Assembly (NCBI GenBank): GCA_963815195.1
Contig: CAWFGE010000010.1
Span: forward strand, 160,001-224,000
DNA from: an uncultured Planctomycetaceae bacterium
GTDB lineage: Bacteria > Planctomycetota > Planctomycetia > Planctomycetales > Planctomycetaceae
Length of the DNA: 64,000 nt
Reading direction: 5' to 3'
Each line of letters begins with the position of its first letter. Position 1 is the first letter of the stretch. Below, one piece after another: positions 1 through 12,486 of the stretch. Under the pieces are notes generated by a model, which did no database searches, was not told where the DNA came from, and worked only from the letters and a program-made list of their open reading frames with translations. The position numbers and the translations under genes were made by a program.

Positions 1-1
1 A

Positions 2-796
2 CGAGGCGGCAAGGGGCGCGAATCGACGCGGATGAATTCTCTCGACCGAAACATGTTGGACCTGGTCCTGGGCGGCGCAAGGGATCTCAGGCGTTCCTTG
101 TCGCTTCCCGATCAGCGCAAGCTGGACGAGTACTTGGACAGTGTTCGCTCTGTGGAAAGACGCATTGCCGCAATCGAACTCCGTCAAAAAGAGAACGCTT
201 GGGAGAAAGCGGGGGTTCGAACCAGCAAACAGAGCACCTCAGATTCCCCGCCCATCGAAATCAAAATCCCCGAGGGAGACAAACGCAGTGAATACATGCA
301 AGTGATGTGCGACCTGAATGTGCTGGCGTTTCAGACAGACACAACTCGCGTCTCGACCTACATCGGCTCGACGCCAAACGGCGTCTCCTATCCGGAACTC
401 GGATTCAACGACCAGCACCACTCCCAGACCCACCACAACAACGAGCCGAGGAAGGTCAAGAAAGTGGCCGCCATCACGGCGTTTAACATCTCGCAATTTG
501 CCTACATGGTCAAGAAGATGCACAGCTTGCGGGAAGGCGATGGCACGCTGCTCGACAACTGCATCATGATGTGGGGTTCCGGCCTTGAAGACGGCGACAA
601 GCACACCCGGGAAAACCTGCCTTTCATCCTTGCAGGAAAGGGAGGCGGTTCGATCAACACAGGCCGCTTCTTAACAAAAACCAAGGGGAATCAAGGCGAC
701 CTACTCACCACCCTGCTGGCCTGCGCCGGCGTTCCGGTGGACCGCCCGATTGGGATCGCGACCAAACAACTCAAGGAGATCGCCAACAAAGTTTGA
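2..796 (+). CDS. DUF1552 family protein, 5' part outside the window
   Basis: Frame is open from the window edge. Motifs '[16 protein letters not shown]', '[12 protein letters not shown]', 'DGTLLDN', 'H...NLPFILAG' are typical of DUF1552. Confidence 0.85.
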   Translation, partial: RGGKGRESTRMNSLDRNMLDLVLGGARDLRRSLSLPDQRKLDEYLDSVRSVERRIAAIELRQKENAWEKAGVRTSKQSTSDSPPIEIKIPEGDKRSEYMQVMCDLNVLAFQTDTTRVSTYIGSTPNGVSYPELGFNDQHHSQTHHNNEPRKVKKVAAITAFNISQFAYMVKKMHSLREGDGTLLDNCIMMWGSGLEDGDKHTRENLPFILAGKGGGSINTGRFLTKTKGNQGDLLTTLLACAGVPVDRPIGIATKQLKEIANKV

Positions 797-984
797 ACTG
801 GCGGTCACCCCACTCCTGATCGTCGGACAAGGTCACGGCAATGTAGAGGTTGCGACCGGACCCCGAAAAATCACGTACGAACTCTCGGACTCTCTTGGTA
901 AACAGTACCCGAATCGCCGGACGCGCCATTTTTTGCATGCATCGGAAAACGTGCGAAGATAATTCTCTCCCTCTCTCGCGGCTC

Positions 985-2019
985 CTACTTTAAATCCGGT
1001 TTCGCGGGATCTTCGCCGAGTTCCCAGACTTGGACGCCGTCGTAACCCGCCGCGAAAAGATCTTTCGGATCGGCCCCGAAGCAGAACCTGTGGAGATGGC
1101 CCTTGGGCTTGGCTTTGTGGATCGGGGCTTCGGCGTTCAGATCCCAAAACGCCAGGATCCCGCCGCCGTCGCCGCCGCCCGCTGCGATCAACAGCGGCGT
1201 TTCGGCTTGGGAATGAAACGCGACATGGTTGAGCACGGCGTTGTGTTTGTCCTGGCCAGCGAAGGTGCGCTTCTTCTCCCTCCAATCCCAGACTTCCACC
1301 CGGCAGGGACCGACGAAGCCGTCCACATTGGTGACCTGCCCGATGCCCGCAATCGCGAGTTGGGTTCCATCCGCGGAAAATGCCAGCGAGCGAATCCCGC
1401 CGATGGAGCGGACGCGCTTTTTGGGATCGTACGTGTAAAACTCCGGTGCGTGGAAGGAGGCAAGAAGTTTCCCGGCGTCAGCGTCCCAGACCCGCACTTC
1501 GCCGATGCGATCGCCGCTCGCGAGATATTTCCCGTCCTCAGTTGTGGCGATCGCGTATAAAGCCGTTGTGTAACCCTGCGGCGATTGCTGCGGATGGCCT
1601 TCCAACGTGTGAATCGCTTTTCCGGTCCCGGCGTCCCAAATGCGGACGAGCATATCGTCCCCCACGCTGGCGATCTTTGTGCCCTCGGCGAAGGCGACGA
1701 GATCCCGCACCCAACCGTCGTGGGCAGGTTGTCGGCGGAGGATTTTGCCATCGGTCAAACTCGTCCACACCAGTTCGCGGTCGAAGCCGCCCGTAACGAC
1801 CGTCTCCCCCACGATGGCCATTGAGGAGAGATAATTCGCATGCGGCGTGGCGAGGGTTTTCAGTTTGGCTTCTTCTCCTTCGCCTTCGAGAGCGGAGACC
1901 GCGCCGTCCATGCCGCCGGCGAGGAGGCGGTTCGTTTTCGCGTCCCGCGAGATGGCGAAAAGGGCCGAGGGGTGTTCGCAGGTCTTTTGATGTTTCGCGG
2001 TTGTCGGTGTTTTCAGCAT
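985..2019 (-). CDS. WD40-repeat beta-propeller protein
   Basis: Repeated GH/WD units ('HDGWVRDLVAF..KIASVGDDMLVRIWD', 'LASGDRIGEVRVWD'); last gene of the DUF1549-DUF1501 operon. Confidence 0.85.
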   Translation of the reverse strand: MLKTPTTAKHQKTCEHPSALFAISRDAKTNRLLAGGMDGAVSALEGEGEEAKLKTLATPHANYLSSMAIVGETVVTGGFDRELVWTSLTDGKILRRQPAHDGWVRDLVAFAEGTKIASVGDDMLVRIWDAGTGKAIHTLEGHPQQSPQGYTTALYAIATTEDGKYLASGDRIGEVRVWDADAGKLLASFHAPEFYTYDPKKRVRSIGGIRSLAFSADGTQLAIAGIGQVTNVDGFVGPCRVEVWDWREKKRTFAGQDKHNAVLNHVAFHSQAETPLLIAAGGGDGGGILAFWDLNAEAPIHKAKPKGHLHRFCFGADPKDLFAAGYDGVQVWELGEDPAKPDLK

Positions 2020-2025
2020 GAGAGA

Positions 2026-3339
2026 TCAGCCCAGAATCGCTTGGATGGGTTTGGCATCTTCCTTGGCGAGCGGCACGGGACGCGGGCCGACGTAATAATG
2101 CTTTTCGGGATCGATGCCCAAGGCTTTGTAAATCGTCGCGGCCACATCGCCGGCATTCGCCTCACCGTCGACGACCGTTTTGCCGTCGGCATCGGTCTTG
2201 CCGTAAATCGTTCCGCCCTTGACGCCGCAGCCGGCCATGACGAACGACCAGGCCGCCGCGTAGTGGTCGCGTCCCATGTCCTTGTTGATCTTGGGTGTGC
2301 GGCCGAATTCCGAAAGCACCAGAACCAGCGTGGAATCCAAAAGCCCCCGCTCCTTGAGATCCGCGAGGAGCACGCTCATCACGTGGTCGAAGTCCGGCAC
2401 GAGTTCCCGATGGCTTTCAAAATTGTCGTGATGGCTGTCCCAAAAGCCCCTCGCCACTTTCACCACCGGCACGCCGGCTTCCAAGAGCCTGCGGGCCAAA
2501 AGTGCCTGCTCGCCGAACTGGGTCCGGCCGTAGCGTTCGCGGACGACTGCGGGCTCGCGGCCCAAGTCAAACAGACGATCCGCCTGCATCAGCCCGCGAA
2601 CCTTGGCATACGCGGAATTGTAGCCTTCCACCAAATCCGCGCCGGCTCGCTGCTCGGAAAACCGCCGGCTGAGCAGGCTTCGCAGTTCCTCGCGGCGGGC
2701 GTGCTGGGACTGGGTGAGTCCCTCCGGAAGATCGATGTTCGCGGGCCTTAACGAATTCTCCAATAAGAGCGGCGCATATTGCCCACCCAGAAAACCCGTG
2801 GCGGGCCGGCGACGGCCTTCGGTGGAAGTAAATAGCGACACATACCCCGGCAGCGGACTGTCGGCGACGGCCAACTCTTTCGCGAGCACCACGCCGATTT
2901 CCGGATATTCGAGGGCGGGTTCTTTGGGCCGGCCCGTGCTGACGAGATCGGCCGCCGGCTCGTGGGCGGAAATCTCGGTGTTGAGCGACCGCACGACGGC
3001 GATTTGATCCATCATCGCCGCCAGCTTGGGCATGAGTTCGCCCGCGTGATAGCCGGGGACCTTGGTGGCGATGGTACGGAACGGCCCGCCGGTCTCCCGG
3101 CCGGGTTTGGGATCCCACATCTCGAACTGGCTCGCTCCGCCCGCCAGCCAGATAAACAGCACCCGCTTGCTTTGCTTTTGGACGGATTGGGATAAGGACG
3201 ATTCCGCCGCGAGGCTCAATCCATCAAACGCCCAAAGCCCCGCCGTCGCCCCGCAGGCTCCGCCCAAAAACGAGCGCCGATGCAGTTGATGTTCGCTGCG
3301 CGGGCAACGCGAATGTTTGAGAGGATTCATCAAACCCAA
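2026..3339 (-). CDS. DUF1501 family protein (Tat-type signal)
   Basis: 'HRRSFL' twin-Arg signal, 'WLAGGASQFEMWDPKP', 'LLARRLLEAGV', 'WDSH', 'SEFGRTPKIN..GRDH'. Confidence 0.92.
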   Translation of the reverse strand: MGLMNPLKHSRCPRSEHQLHRRSFLGGACGATAGLWAFDGLSLAAESSLSQSVQKQSKRVLFIWLAGGASQFEMWDPKPGRETGGPFRTIATKVPGYHAGELMPKLAAMMDQIAVVRSLNTEISAHEPAADLVSTGRPKEPALEYPEIGVVLAKELAVADSPLPGYVSLFTSTEGRRRPATGFLGGQYAPLLLENSLRPANIDLPEGLTQSQHARREELRSLLSRRFSEQRAGADLVEGYNSAYAKVRGLMQADRLFDLGREPAVVRERYGRTQFGEQALLARRLLEAGVPVVKVARGFWDSHHDNFESHRELVPDFDHVMSVLLADLKERGLLDSTLVLVLSEFGRTPKINKDMGRDHYAAAWSFVMAGCGVKGGTIYGKTDADGKTVVDGEANAGDVAATIYKALGIDPEKHYYVGPRPVPLAKEDAKPIQAILG

Positions 3340-3541
3340 TCCTTAATGATTGAAACGAAACTCGGCGGTTTGGGTGGCTGGGCGCAAATCCCGCTTGGAA
3401 TGAAGCTTGAATTGCGAATACTGGGGCCGTAACCGGGCGAGAAACATCAGACACGGCCCCAGACCTCAAATCTCCTTTTTCCTCGGAATATTCCTTTGCG
3501 CCCCAGCCACCCCCTCCACTTTTGATTTACCGTTTGAGTAT

Positions 3542-5098
3542 TTAATGATTGAAACGAAATTCCGCGGAGGTCGCCAAGGCCCATACCAACTGCTCCGCGG
3601 TTCGGCTCTGGTCGCCTGCCTGAGACTTGATCCAAGCCGCGAGTTCCTGCTGTTCGTCCGGCCGGGGATCGCGGGTGAAGATCGCCCGCACGGCGACTCG
3701 GGCAAGCTCATTCGCATCCGAAATCTTCGCCAGGCGGGCCGCGAGGTTGTTCCCTTCCGCTTGGAACAGCTTTTGAACGGCGGGGCTGTTCGAGAGGAAC
3801 AAGGCTTCGTCCGCGCTGCTTTGAAACGCGGCGATTCGCGGATCGAGGGCCGATTCCAGGCTGGCGATTTTTTCCTGATCCAATTCGCCGGGCGAGTTCG
3901 TTCCGGTGGCGATCAATAGTGACGCCGCGAGTTGCCGGCGCGTGAGCGGCCGCAAGCGGGCGATCGCGAAGCTCTCGGCATCGGGTTTTGGCGACGCTTC
4001 GCCAAAGCGGCTGTCCAATTGATAGGCCCGGCTGGAAACCATCGCGCGAATCAAGCGTTTGAGGTCGTACGCGTTCGCCGCGAAGTCCTCGGCGAGCCAA
4101 TCCAAAAGCCCCGGCACCCTTGGCACGCTTTCGGAGTGCATCTGATCGACCGGTTCGATCAGCCCGCCCCCGAAGAACTCCGCCCATATGCGGTTCACGA
4201 TCGAGCGGCTGAAAAACACGCGGTCTTCCAAGGCCAACTTCACGAGGCGTTCCCGCCGGCTGATGGCGGGCGGCTTTTGTTTTTGTTTCGGCCGGGCCGC
4301 GAACGCGGGCTCGACGACCTGCCGGCCGGAGAGGAACATCATCGCCGCGGTCCGCTCTTTGCCGTCGCCCGCGAGGAAGGTGACTTCGCCCTCGGTCTTC
4401 TCACCGATTTTGCCGTTGCCTCCGGTCGTGCGGTTGAAGAACGCGACCATGCCGTAGTAATGGTTCTGCGTCCAATCGGCGACCAGGGGATGGTCGTGGC
4501 ATTTCGCGCAGGAAATATCCACGCCGAAGAACACGCGGGCCGCGTCGTTCGCCAGGACATCGCTGGTCTTGGCCCGCTTGTCGAGAAACCGGTTGGCGGG
4601 CTTTTGCTCCGGCTCCTTCCAGGGGCCGAGCATCATCTCCTCGAACATGCGGTCCCAGGGCTTGCCGCCGGCGAGACTCTTTTCGAGCCAGCCGATGAAC
4701 TCCGCATTCCCGGCATACCGGCCCTGAATTATTTGGTCCAACCGGTGCGCAAAATGCCCGGCGAACTCCTCGCCATTGATGAGACGCTCGATCAAGCGGT
4801 CCCGTTTCTTGGGATCGGGGTCGGAGCGAAATTCCTCAAACTCGGCGGGCGTGGGAATCCGGCCGGTCAAATCGAGCATCAGCCGCCTGAGGAACGTCGC
4901 ATCATCCGCCAGACCTGCGGGCTGCATATTTCCCTTCTGCCAATGCGCCCCGAGCACCGCGTCGATCCGTTCCGCGACTCTGTGGGCTGGGGGACGCTCA
5001 TCGGCGAAGAGCGGATCGGCCGCAAGAAGAGCCAAACCGCCGACGATAATCGCGAGAATTGGAAATCGCCAACGTCGAAACACGCGGTGCTCTGTCAC
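3542..5098 (-). CDS. DUF1549/DUF1553 (PSCyt2/PSD1) domain protein
   Basis: 'DDATFLRRLMLDLTGRIPT', 'CAKCHDHP', 'VNRIWAEFFGGGLIEPVD', C-terminal 'SAEFRFNH'. Confidence 0.92.
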   Translation of the reverse strand: MTEHRVFRRWRFPILAIIVGGLALLAADPLFADERPPAHRVAERIDAVLGAHWQKGNMQPAGLADDATFLRRLMLDLTGRIPTPAEFEEFRSDPDPKKRDRLIERLINGEEFAGHFAHRLDQIIQGRYAGNAEFIGWLEKSLAGGKPWDRMFEEMMLGPWKEPEQKPANRFLDKRAKTSDVLANDAARVFFGVDISCAKCHDHPLVADWTQNHYYGMVAFFNRTTGGNGKIGEKTEGEVTFLAGDGKERTAAMMFLSGRQVVEPAFAARPKQKQKPPAISRRERLVKLALEDRVFFSRSIVNRIWAEFFGGGLIEPVDQMHSESVPRVPGLLDWLAEDFAANAYDLKRLIRAMVSSRAYQLDSRFGEASPKPDAESFAIARLRPLTRRQLAASLLIATGTNSPGELDQEKIASLESALDPRIAAFQSSADEALFLSNSPAVQKLFQAEGNNLAARLAKISDANELARVAVRAIFTRDPRPDEQQELAAWIKSQAGDQSRTAEQLVWALATSAEFRFNH

Positions 5099-5342
5099 GA
5101 AACGTTCCTCTCATTGCGCGTGGAAAACTCCAACCCTCACAACGGAATCCCATTTCGTAACATTAACATATTCCGATGCGAAATGGCCACTGTGAATCGC
5201 GATTTTGCATCGTGGCGGGGAATCCGTGTCGCCTTATGTTAAAATGGCGCTATCTCCTTAAAACGCCTTCGGTCATATTCAAAATGCCCCAGCGTCAGGC
5301 CGCCGAATCTGAATGCCCCGTCGAAAGCAAGACCCCGCAACG

Positions 5343-5864
5343 ATGCTCAATCTTCGTCGGCTCATCGAGACCATTCTCGATCAATACGCTTTAATGCCGG
5401 AGGAGATCCACGGCGTGGCTCATTGGGCACGGGTCTTGGAAAACGGTCTTCGGCTCGCCCAAACGACGGGGGCCAATGTGGAGGTCGTCCAACTTTTTTC
5501 CGTTTTCCATGATTCCAAGCGGGAAAACGAAGGCTCTGACCCCGATCATGGTCAGCGCGGAGCGGATTTCGCCCTGTCGCTGCGGGGAGACCTGTTCGAA
5601 TTGGGAGATGACGATTTTCATCGGTTGTACAAAGCTTGTGCGGGGCATACGCACGAAGCCACGCATCCCGACATCACGATCCAAACTTGCTGGGATGCGG
5701 ACCGGTTGGACCTGGGACGAGTGGGCATCAAACCGCACCCCGGGCGTCTTTGCACGGAGGAAGCCAGGAAACCGGAAACGATCCGCTGGGCACACCACCG
5801 GGCGTGTGCCTCCGTTGTGCCGGATTGGGTTTCAGAAGCGTGGGGAATCGAGTTGTCCTGGTGA
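5343..5864 (+). CDS. HD-domain metal-dependent phosphohydrolase
   Basis: 'IHGVAHWARV', 'FHDS', 'HG.RGA', 'CWDADRLDLGRVG'. Confidence 0.85.
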   Translation: MLNLRRLIETILDQYALMPEEIHGVAHWARVLENGLRLAQTTGANVEVVQLFSVFHDSKRENEGSDPDHGQRGADFALSLRGDLFELGDDDFHRLYKACAGHTHEATHPDITIQTCWDADRLDLGRVGIKPHPGRLCTEEARKPETIRWAHHRACASVVPDWVSEAWGIELSW

Positions 5865-5913
5865 AGGAAAACTCAAGCCGTCGTGGATCATCGCATGGGC
5901 CGTTTGTCGGCGA

Positions 5914-8900
5914 TCAGGCGGCGCGGCGTTTGGACTGCTGAGACGAGCGAGCGGTGGAGCCGGCGACTTGGGACCCGGCGTCGTCCGCTTCCGATGACTG
6001 ATCTGCCTCCGCACCTGCCCCGCGGCCGGAGAGGAACGTCAGGATCGCCGGCAGCGTGACCAGCGACACGAACAGGCAACTGCCCACGCCGATGACCAGC
6101 ACGAGGCCGACGCTCGAGAGTCCGCGGTGGGCCGCGACCATCATGCTCCCAAAGCCGATCATGCTTGTCAGCGAAGTCAAAACGATGGCGTTCGTCGTGC
6201 TGGAGGAGGTGCGGTAGCGTCCGCTTTGCAGGCGGAAGTCGTGGACCACGTGCACGCCGTCGTCCACGCCGATCCCCAAAATCAAAGGCAGCACGATGAG
6301 GTTGGCCGGGTTCAAATCGAGATGGCACATCCCCAGGATGCCGAACATCATCAGCGCCCCCGCGACGGGCGGGAGCATGGCGAGCACGGCGTCCCGCAGG
6401 TTGCGGAAATCCAGGATCGCCGCGATTGCGGTGGCCATCAAGATATAGGACCCCGCCAAGAGCAGCGGGCTGACTTGAATTCGCCGCGTTTGCAGCATCA
6501 TAAACGCGAACACCACCACGGCCAAAGGCGGCCCCAGCACCAGGAGCTTATGCTCCCGGCTCAGAAAGTCGACCAGCAGCACCAGGCAAATCATCGCCAA
6601 CGCATACAGCGAAGCCGTCTGATAGCTGTCGCGAATCTGGCGGGAGGCTTCGAAGTTTTGCAGCGGCGTCCCCGTCACGTTGGGATCGACCGTCCGCACG
6701 TCGTTCACGAACCGCGTGAGCGGCTCCACGTCCCAAATTTGCTCCTTGGGATAAATCTGCAAAAGCCATTGCCCTTGGTCGTTGACGAAACGGTTGGCGA
6801 GTTCCCTCGGCATGTCGGCCCATGTGAGCGGACTGAAATCCGTCGCCGATCCGATCGCCTGGAGCTGCCGCCAGAGCGCCATCGAAGACCGCATTTGATA
6901 ACCTGTCAACACCTCCGTCTGGGAGCGGAGCGACATCGTTTCAAAGCGGTCCAGAAAGCGGTCGATCGAGCGGCCGGCTTCGCGGGCATTGTCGGAATTG
7001 GCTCGGCGGAGCGTGGCGAGCAGATCCTCGAAGGCCCGTCCCACCGCCGCGGGATTCATCAAAGGCGGCTGAGTCGGCGGCGGCGCCAACCGGCCGAGTT
7101 GAGCCCGATATGAGCGGATGTAAGGCAAGGTCGTTTGATGGGGAGCCGCCGGCAGCCGCGACGCCAATTCCTCCACCCGCTGCACCGTGGGCAGGGCTTC
7201 AAATTTTTGTTTGAGCCGGCGGGCTTCATCGGGCGTGTTGGCGATCGACACCGCGAACAAAAGCGAATCGTTCGCCTGCCCGAACACGCGTTTTTGCACC
7301 TCGACCGACTCCAAACCGTCGGCCTGCAGGTTGAGCAAATTGTAATCGTAGCGGATCTGCGACTTCGGCCCGCCCTCGGCGTTCCAATCCATAATCTCGC
7401 GCCCAGGCCCACGATTAATAGCGCGGAAAGAATCATCACCAGCCGGGGAAAACGGGAGGTGATTCCCCGCACGAGATGCCCGTCGAACGGAGTGGGCAGT
7501 TTTCGCGGCTCGACGTTTTGATCGGACAGGGAAACAAGCGCCGGCAGCACGATGAACGTCGCCACGCCGCACAAGAGAATCCCGCCGCCCGCAATAATCC
7601 CCAGTTCCGCCACGCCCAGGAACTGCGTGAAGGTCGCGCAGAAAAACGCCAACGCCGTGGTAAGGGCCGCGGTGACAATCCCCGAACCGACGCTCGTGGA
7701 CGTTTCCCGCAGGGCCGGCCTCAGCAACTGCCCTTGATGGCGAAGCTCCAGATACCGCGCCAGGTAATGAATCGCAAAATCGATCCCCAACCCGATCAAA
7801 ATCACCGCGAAGGAGATCGAGAGGATATTCAGATGCCCGACGACGAGCGTCGTATATCCGAAGGTCCAGGCCATGCCCACAAGAAGCATCAACAGTCCGA
7901 GGAGCGGATGCCGAAACCCGCGAAACCCGATAAAGAGCAACACGCCCACGCCGATGAAGGAAATCACCGAGGCGAGCGTCATGTCCGATTGGGAGCGGCG
8001 CATTTCGTCGTTTTCGAGAACTGGGATCCCCGTCACGCCGATCTTCACGTCCGGGTGCTTCTCGGACACCTGGGCGATCAATTCGCGAATGCGGTCCACC
8101 GCCCGCGAGTCGCCGTTGAAGTCGTCTTTCTGATCGGGCGTCGGCACGACTTTCAGAAAGCCCATCGTGCCCTGGTTGTTCAGAAAATAATTCGACTCGT
8201 CCGTGAAGGCCGCGAGCGACGCGCTGCCGGGGATGATCTCGGGCCAAGGGGATTGGAATTGGTCCGGCTTATTCAAAAACCCGCTGAGGCTGCCCGCCAG
8301 CCGGCCGGCGCGCTCGATGGCGGCGTTTCGCGCATCGGCATTGGCGGACGCGAGGGCGCTCCGCAGCCGGTAATCGGTCATCCGCACCGCGTAATCGAGG
8401 CGAGCTTCTTCCCAGCGGCCTTGGACGACCGACCGGTAATCGCTCAAGCGGTTGAGCCCGGCCGCCAATTGTTCCGGGCGAAAGTATTGAAGCCCTTTTT
8501 GCCTCAAGGACTTGGTGTCGGCTTTGAACAGAATGTTCGTAAACAAGCCCGGTTCGCGGGCCAGGCGTCCCCCGAGATTTTCAAGCGCGGCTTTGATCGG
8601 TCCCGGTTCCGCTCCTTCGACGAGCACCACAATGTCGGAGCTGTCGCCGAAGGACTCCGTGTATTCCATCCAGCGTTTGTGGAAATCGGCTTCGGGATCG
8701 ATCAGGTCCGAGCGCTGGGTGTGGAATTTCAAACAACACGCCGTGTACCCCGCCGCCGCGCAGGAAATTAGCAGGACGAAGCACAATGTCAGCCGGGGGC
8801 TTCGCGAGCTGAGGCGCGTAATCAGCCGCAACGCATCGCTGAGCAGCGACCCGGCGGCGCGTTTGGGGTTGGTGTGCTGCGGGGAATCGTGCGAGTGCAT
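5914..8900 (-). CDS. MMPL/RND-family transporter (HpnN-like), one frameshift near 7400
   Basis: ORF 7059..8900 gives the first half ('GVTGIPVLENDE', 'ILIGLGIDFAIH') and ORF 5914..8247 the second half ('LILGIGVDDGVH', 'LTSMIGFGSM'); the frames switch at ~7400. Confidence 0.85.
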
Positions 8901-9371
8901 CCGTGCCCACGTAATCCCGTCTATTAGGAGAGGTGAAACCCCTCATTGGTTGTAAGTGGTGGAGTCGAACGACTCGTTTCTGAAAAGGAAACCGCCTGAA
9001 AATGTGGGATGCGGGACTGGAGATTCGTGAGAAAGCCCCCCAAACATCAGGCGACGCCCAGTTTATGAAAAAATGGCCTTCGTGGATTCATCGGGTTTCC
9101 ATCAGGGATTTCTCGATCAAAACTCCCCCACCTGCCCAAACGCGGTTCAAGTCGGGCGGGTTGTGCGGGCAATTCTTGCATACTTCGACCGCCATTTTTT
9201 CAATCGGCGGGATTCTACTCCAGGTCCTTCCGATGGGGCAAGACCGACTGGCCGGGGAATTAACCTCTTGCAGAATAAAGATTTAACGCCGAACGAAGCT
9301 CTGCCAGGGGTTTTCATGGCCCAAAGCGCCCGCGAGGGATTCCCAAATCCGTCCCTCGCTTCCGCTTCGGG

Positions 9372-10040
9372 CTAATCACCTCTTGACGATTTTTGTTTGA
9401 TCGCGGCCTGCGCGCGGAGGGCCGCCGTGCGGACATCCTCATCCCGGCTCCCGGCCGCGCGGCTCAATGCGGGAAGAGCGGATTTCGCGGGCGGGCCGAT
9501 CTTCTCAAGAACTTTGATGGCTTGAAGTTGCACCAAAGTCTGCGGAGCCGATAGGGCCTCGGTCAACGCCGGCACCGCCTCGGCCGCGGCCGGTCCCAAC
9601 TGCCCCAACGCGACGATCGAGCGGACTTCATATTTCCGCGCGGCAGCCGCCAGCACGGGCACCGGAGCCGGGTTTTCCGGGGCAATCCCCGCCAGCGCAA
9701 ACGCCGCCGCCAGCCGGACTCGCTCGTCCTCGTCCTTTAACCGTTTTTCCAGCGCGGGCACCGCCTGGTTCGCCTTCGGGCCGAGCTTGCCCAAATCATA
9801 CGCGGCCAGCCGGCGGGTGTCGGCATCCGGAGCACCCAAGGCCCCGATGAGGTGTGGGATAGATTCGGAAATATCCCCAGGCATCTCGCCCAACCGCCGG
9901 GCCGCCGCCTGCCGAACGGCCGGGTCCTCGCTTTGAAGCTGCCGATTGGCGTCCGAAACGGGGTCGCTGCAGCCCGCGGCGAGGACGAAACCGATCGCGA
10001 GCCCCCAGGCCGGGGTGGGAATCTTCGTCCATTGTGACAT
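9372..10040 (-). CDS. HEAT-repeat (PBS-lyase-like) lipoprotein
   Basis: Lipobox 'LAAGC'; repeats such as '[24 protein letters not shown]'. Confidence 0.85.
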   Translation of the reverse strand: MSQWTKIPTPAWGLAIGFVLAAGCSDPVSDANRQLQSEDPAVRQAAARRLGEMPGDISESIPHLIGALGAPDADTRRLAAYDLGKLGPKANQAVPALEKRLKDEDERVRLAAAFALAGIAPENPAPVPVLAAAARKYEVRSIVALGQLGPAAAEAVPALTEALSAPQTLVQLQAIKVLEKIGPPAKSALPALSRAAGSRDEDVRTAALRAQAAIKQKSSRGD

Positions 10041-10174
10041 GGGTTAAGTTCCGCGGGCCCGCAAAAATCCAAATGCGTACGGTCCGCTACTGGATTCTGG
10101 GGCGAAGTTTGCTAAAACAAAGCCTTTGGTCAGGGATAAACACCTCCGCTCTATTATGCAAGGAAGACGAAACG

Positions 10175-11236
10175 ATGCCCAGCCCGCTCGAATCGCTCGT
10201 GGCGACGGGAACCAAACTTTGGCTCGACAGCGTGGACCCGGATTTGTTGAAAACCAACAAGCAGCTCGGGGCCTCCGGTGCGACCTCCAATCCGGTGATC
10301 ATTTCCGGCCTGATCCAATCGGGCCGCTTCGATGGTGCGTTGCAGGAACTCATGGAGCAAGGCCAGGGCGATGAAGCTGTCGCCTGGCAAATGACCGACC
10401 GGCTGGTCCGGCAGGCTCAAAAAGAGTTCGCGGAAGTCCACGCCCGCACGAACGGCGACGACGGCTATGTGAGCTTTGAGCTCGATCCGCTGTTGGAAGA
10501 CGTCGATTGCCCGTTGTCTGAAACCGAACGAACCGCGAAATATATCGAACTCGGCAAAGAGTGGTCGAAAGGGCATTCGAACCGGATGATCAAAGTCCCC
10601 GCCACTCCCGCGGGACTTGCGGCGCTTGAGGAACTTGCCGCCCTCGGAGTCACTTTGAACGTGACCTTGCTGTTCACCGCGCGGCAATATCACATCGCCC
10701 GGGACGCGATCTGGCGCGGAGCCCAGCGCCGCGATTCGCTGGAAGGGTTTAAGTCCGTGTATTCGATTTTCATCAGCCGGATCGATGTCTACACGAAAAA
10801 GCACGTTCCCGAGTTGTCCGATGCCGCCCAGGGGCAGGTGGGGATCATCAACGCCAAACGGCTTTGGCAAGACAACACGGCTTTCTGGAAAGACAAAAAT
10901 CTGCCGCTGCGGCAGGAGTTCATTTTCGCGAGCACCGGCGTCAAAGATCCGGGCGACCCGCCGGACAAATACGTCTCTGCACTCGCGGGGGCGGACATCC
11001 AAACCAACCCGCCCGAAACCAACGCCGCCATTCAAGACATGCCAGATAAAACGTTCACCCGGACGGTGGACCGCATGCCGCCCCGGCAGGTGTTGGACGA
11101 AATCGATCAGAAGGTGGACTTCGCCAAAATGGAAGAGGTGTTGATGGAAGAAGGCCTCAAGAAGTTCGCCGACCCGCAAAAAGCCCTGCTCAACTTGATC
11201 GCCAAAAAACGCAAGGAGCTCGAGCCCGCGGGTTGA
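10175..11236 (+). CDS. tal: Transaldolase
   Basis: 'KLWLDS', 'GATSNP', 'MIKVPAT', 'NVTLLF', 'SIFISRID', 'ASTGVK'. Confidence 0.92.
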   Translation: MPSPLESLVATGTKLWLDSVDPDLLKTNKQLGASGATSNPVIISGLIQSGRFDGALQELMEQGQGDEAVAWQMTDRLVRQAQKEFAEVHARTNGDDGYVSFELDPLLEDVDCPLSETERTAKYIELGKEWSKGHSNRMIKVPATPAGLAALEELAALGVTLNVTLLFTARQYHIARDAIWRGAQRRDSLEGFKSVYSIFISRIDVYTKKHVPELSDAAQGQVGIINAKRLWQDNTAFWKDKNLPLRQEFIFASTGVKDPGDPPDKYVSALAGADIQTNPPETNAAIQDMPDKTFTRTVDRMPPRQVLDEIDQKVDFAKMEEVLMEEGLKKFADPQKALLNLIAKKRKELEPAG

Positions 11237-11270
11237 TCGGCCCGGTTTGGCCGAGCGAACGGGCCTTGCC

Positions 11271-12199
11271 TCATTCCTCGCCCCGGTTAAGGAATTTGAG
11301 CCAACGTCCTTGCTGGGCGTCCGACGTCATGTCGGTGGGGCTGTTGATGCCTTGTTTTTTCAGGGCTTTGTCGATTTCCCGGCGTTGCTGAGCGATCAAC
11401 GATTCCTGTCGGCTGATGCGGGCCCGTTCGATCGAAAGTTCCACCTCGGCACTGCGGAGCGTCTGCTGCAGGTCGGATGTGAGCCGGCCGGCCTCTTCGC
11501 GAAGCGCGTGCGGAGCCGCGACCAGCGCATCCCAGTCCGGCGTTCCTCGCCGGCGACTTTCCACAATCCTGAGCGCCCGCGTGAGTGAAACAATGTACTT
11601 TTCGCGGCAGTCCACCGCGTCCCGCCAAATGTCCGCGTCGTGACATTCCGCGTCCACCGCCGTCGGCCGGTTTATCAGCACGTCCAATTCCTCCTTGAGA
11701 TCGATGTGCCCCGGTTCCTGCTCAACCGCTTCCGGGCCGGCCTCCTCCTTGAGCATTTCCGCTTTCAGCGCTTCCCAACCTTCCAGGCCGCCGCCCGCTT
11801 CGTCTCGAGGCTCGGCATCGTCCGTATTCCTCCGCTCAAAGGCCCCGGGATCGGCGGCATCCGGAACGAAATCGCCCGGCGCTCTGCGCGGTTCTGAACG
11901 GAAACGCCTTCCACGATCGTTTCCCGCAGGTCCTCCAATTGCGTGCTGATCCGTTCCAGCGTGGCCGGGGCTTTGAGTTCTTCCCACTCCGCAACGGCTT
12001 TTTGGAGATCGTTCACCAAAGACATCTGCCGATGCACCATGTCGGAATCGAACGCCCGCGGCGCATTCCCGCCCGTGGACTTTTGCAGATCGTTCAGCTT
12101 GACCGCGGCCTGCTCCAGATACTCCGTGAGGGTGGCCACCATGTTCTCTTTTTCTTGGAGGTTCCGTTTCAGGTCGTCCACAGAAAGTTCTTGCAGCAT
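11271..12199 (-). CDS. Hypothetical coiled-coil protein, frameshift near 11900
   Basis: Helical N-terminal half in ORF 11765..12265 and C-terminal half in ORF 11271..11987 ('LRSAEVELSIERARISRQE'). Confidence 0.6.
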
Positions 12200-12486
12200 G
12201 CTAGGGGGAATCCTATCGAGAACGGCAAGGAGAATCGTCAAAACCAGATCAGCCGGCACAGACAACAGGCTTTGCGCATCGGCAAGCCGAGTTTCGTCTC
12301 AAACGTAGCATATAATCAGCGGGCGGAAGAAATTCCCCCGCGAGAATTCCCCCCTCGTCCAAAGAATCCTACCTTATAGAATAAGGACCAGAAGCCCGGC
12401 GAGCGGGCGGCGTATGCCGGCTGATCATCCCCAGCCAACAAAGCGTGCCGACGCAAAAGAATCATTTGAGGGTCTAACATACCGAA

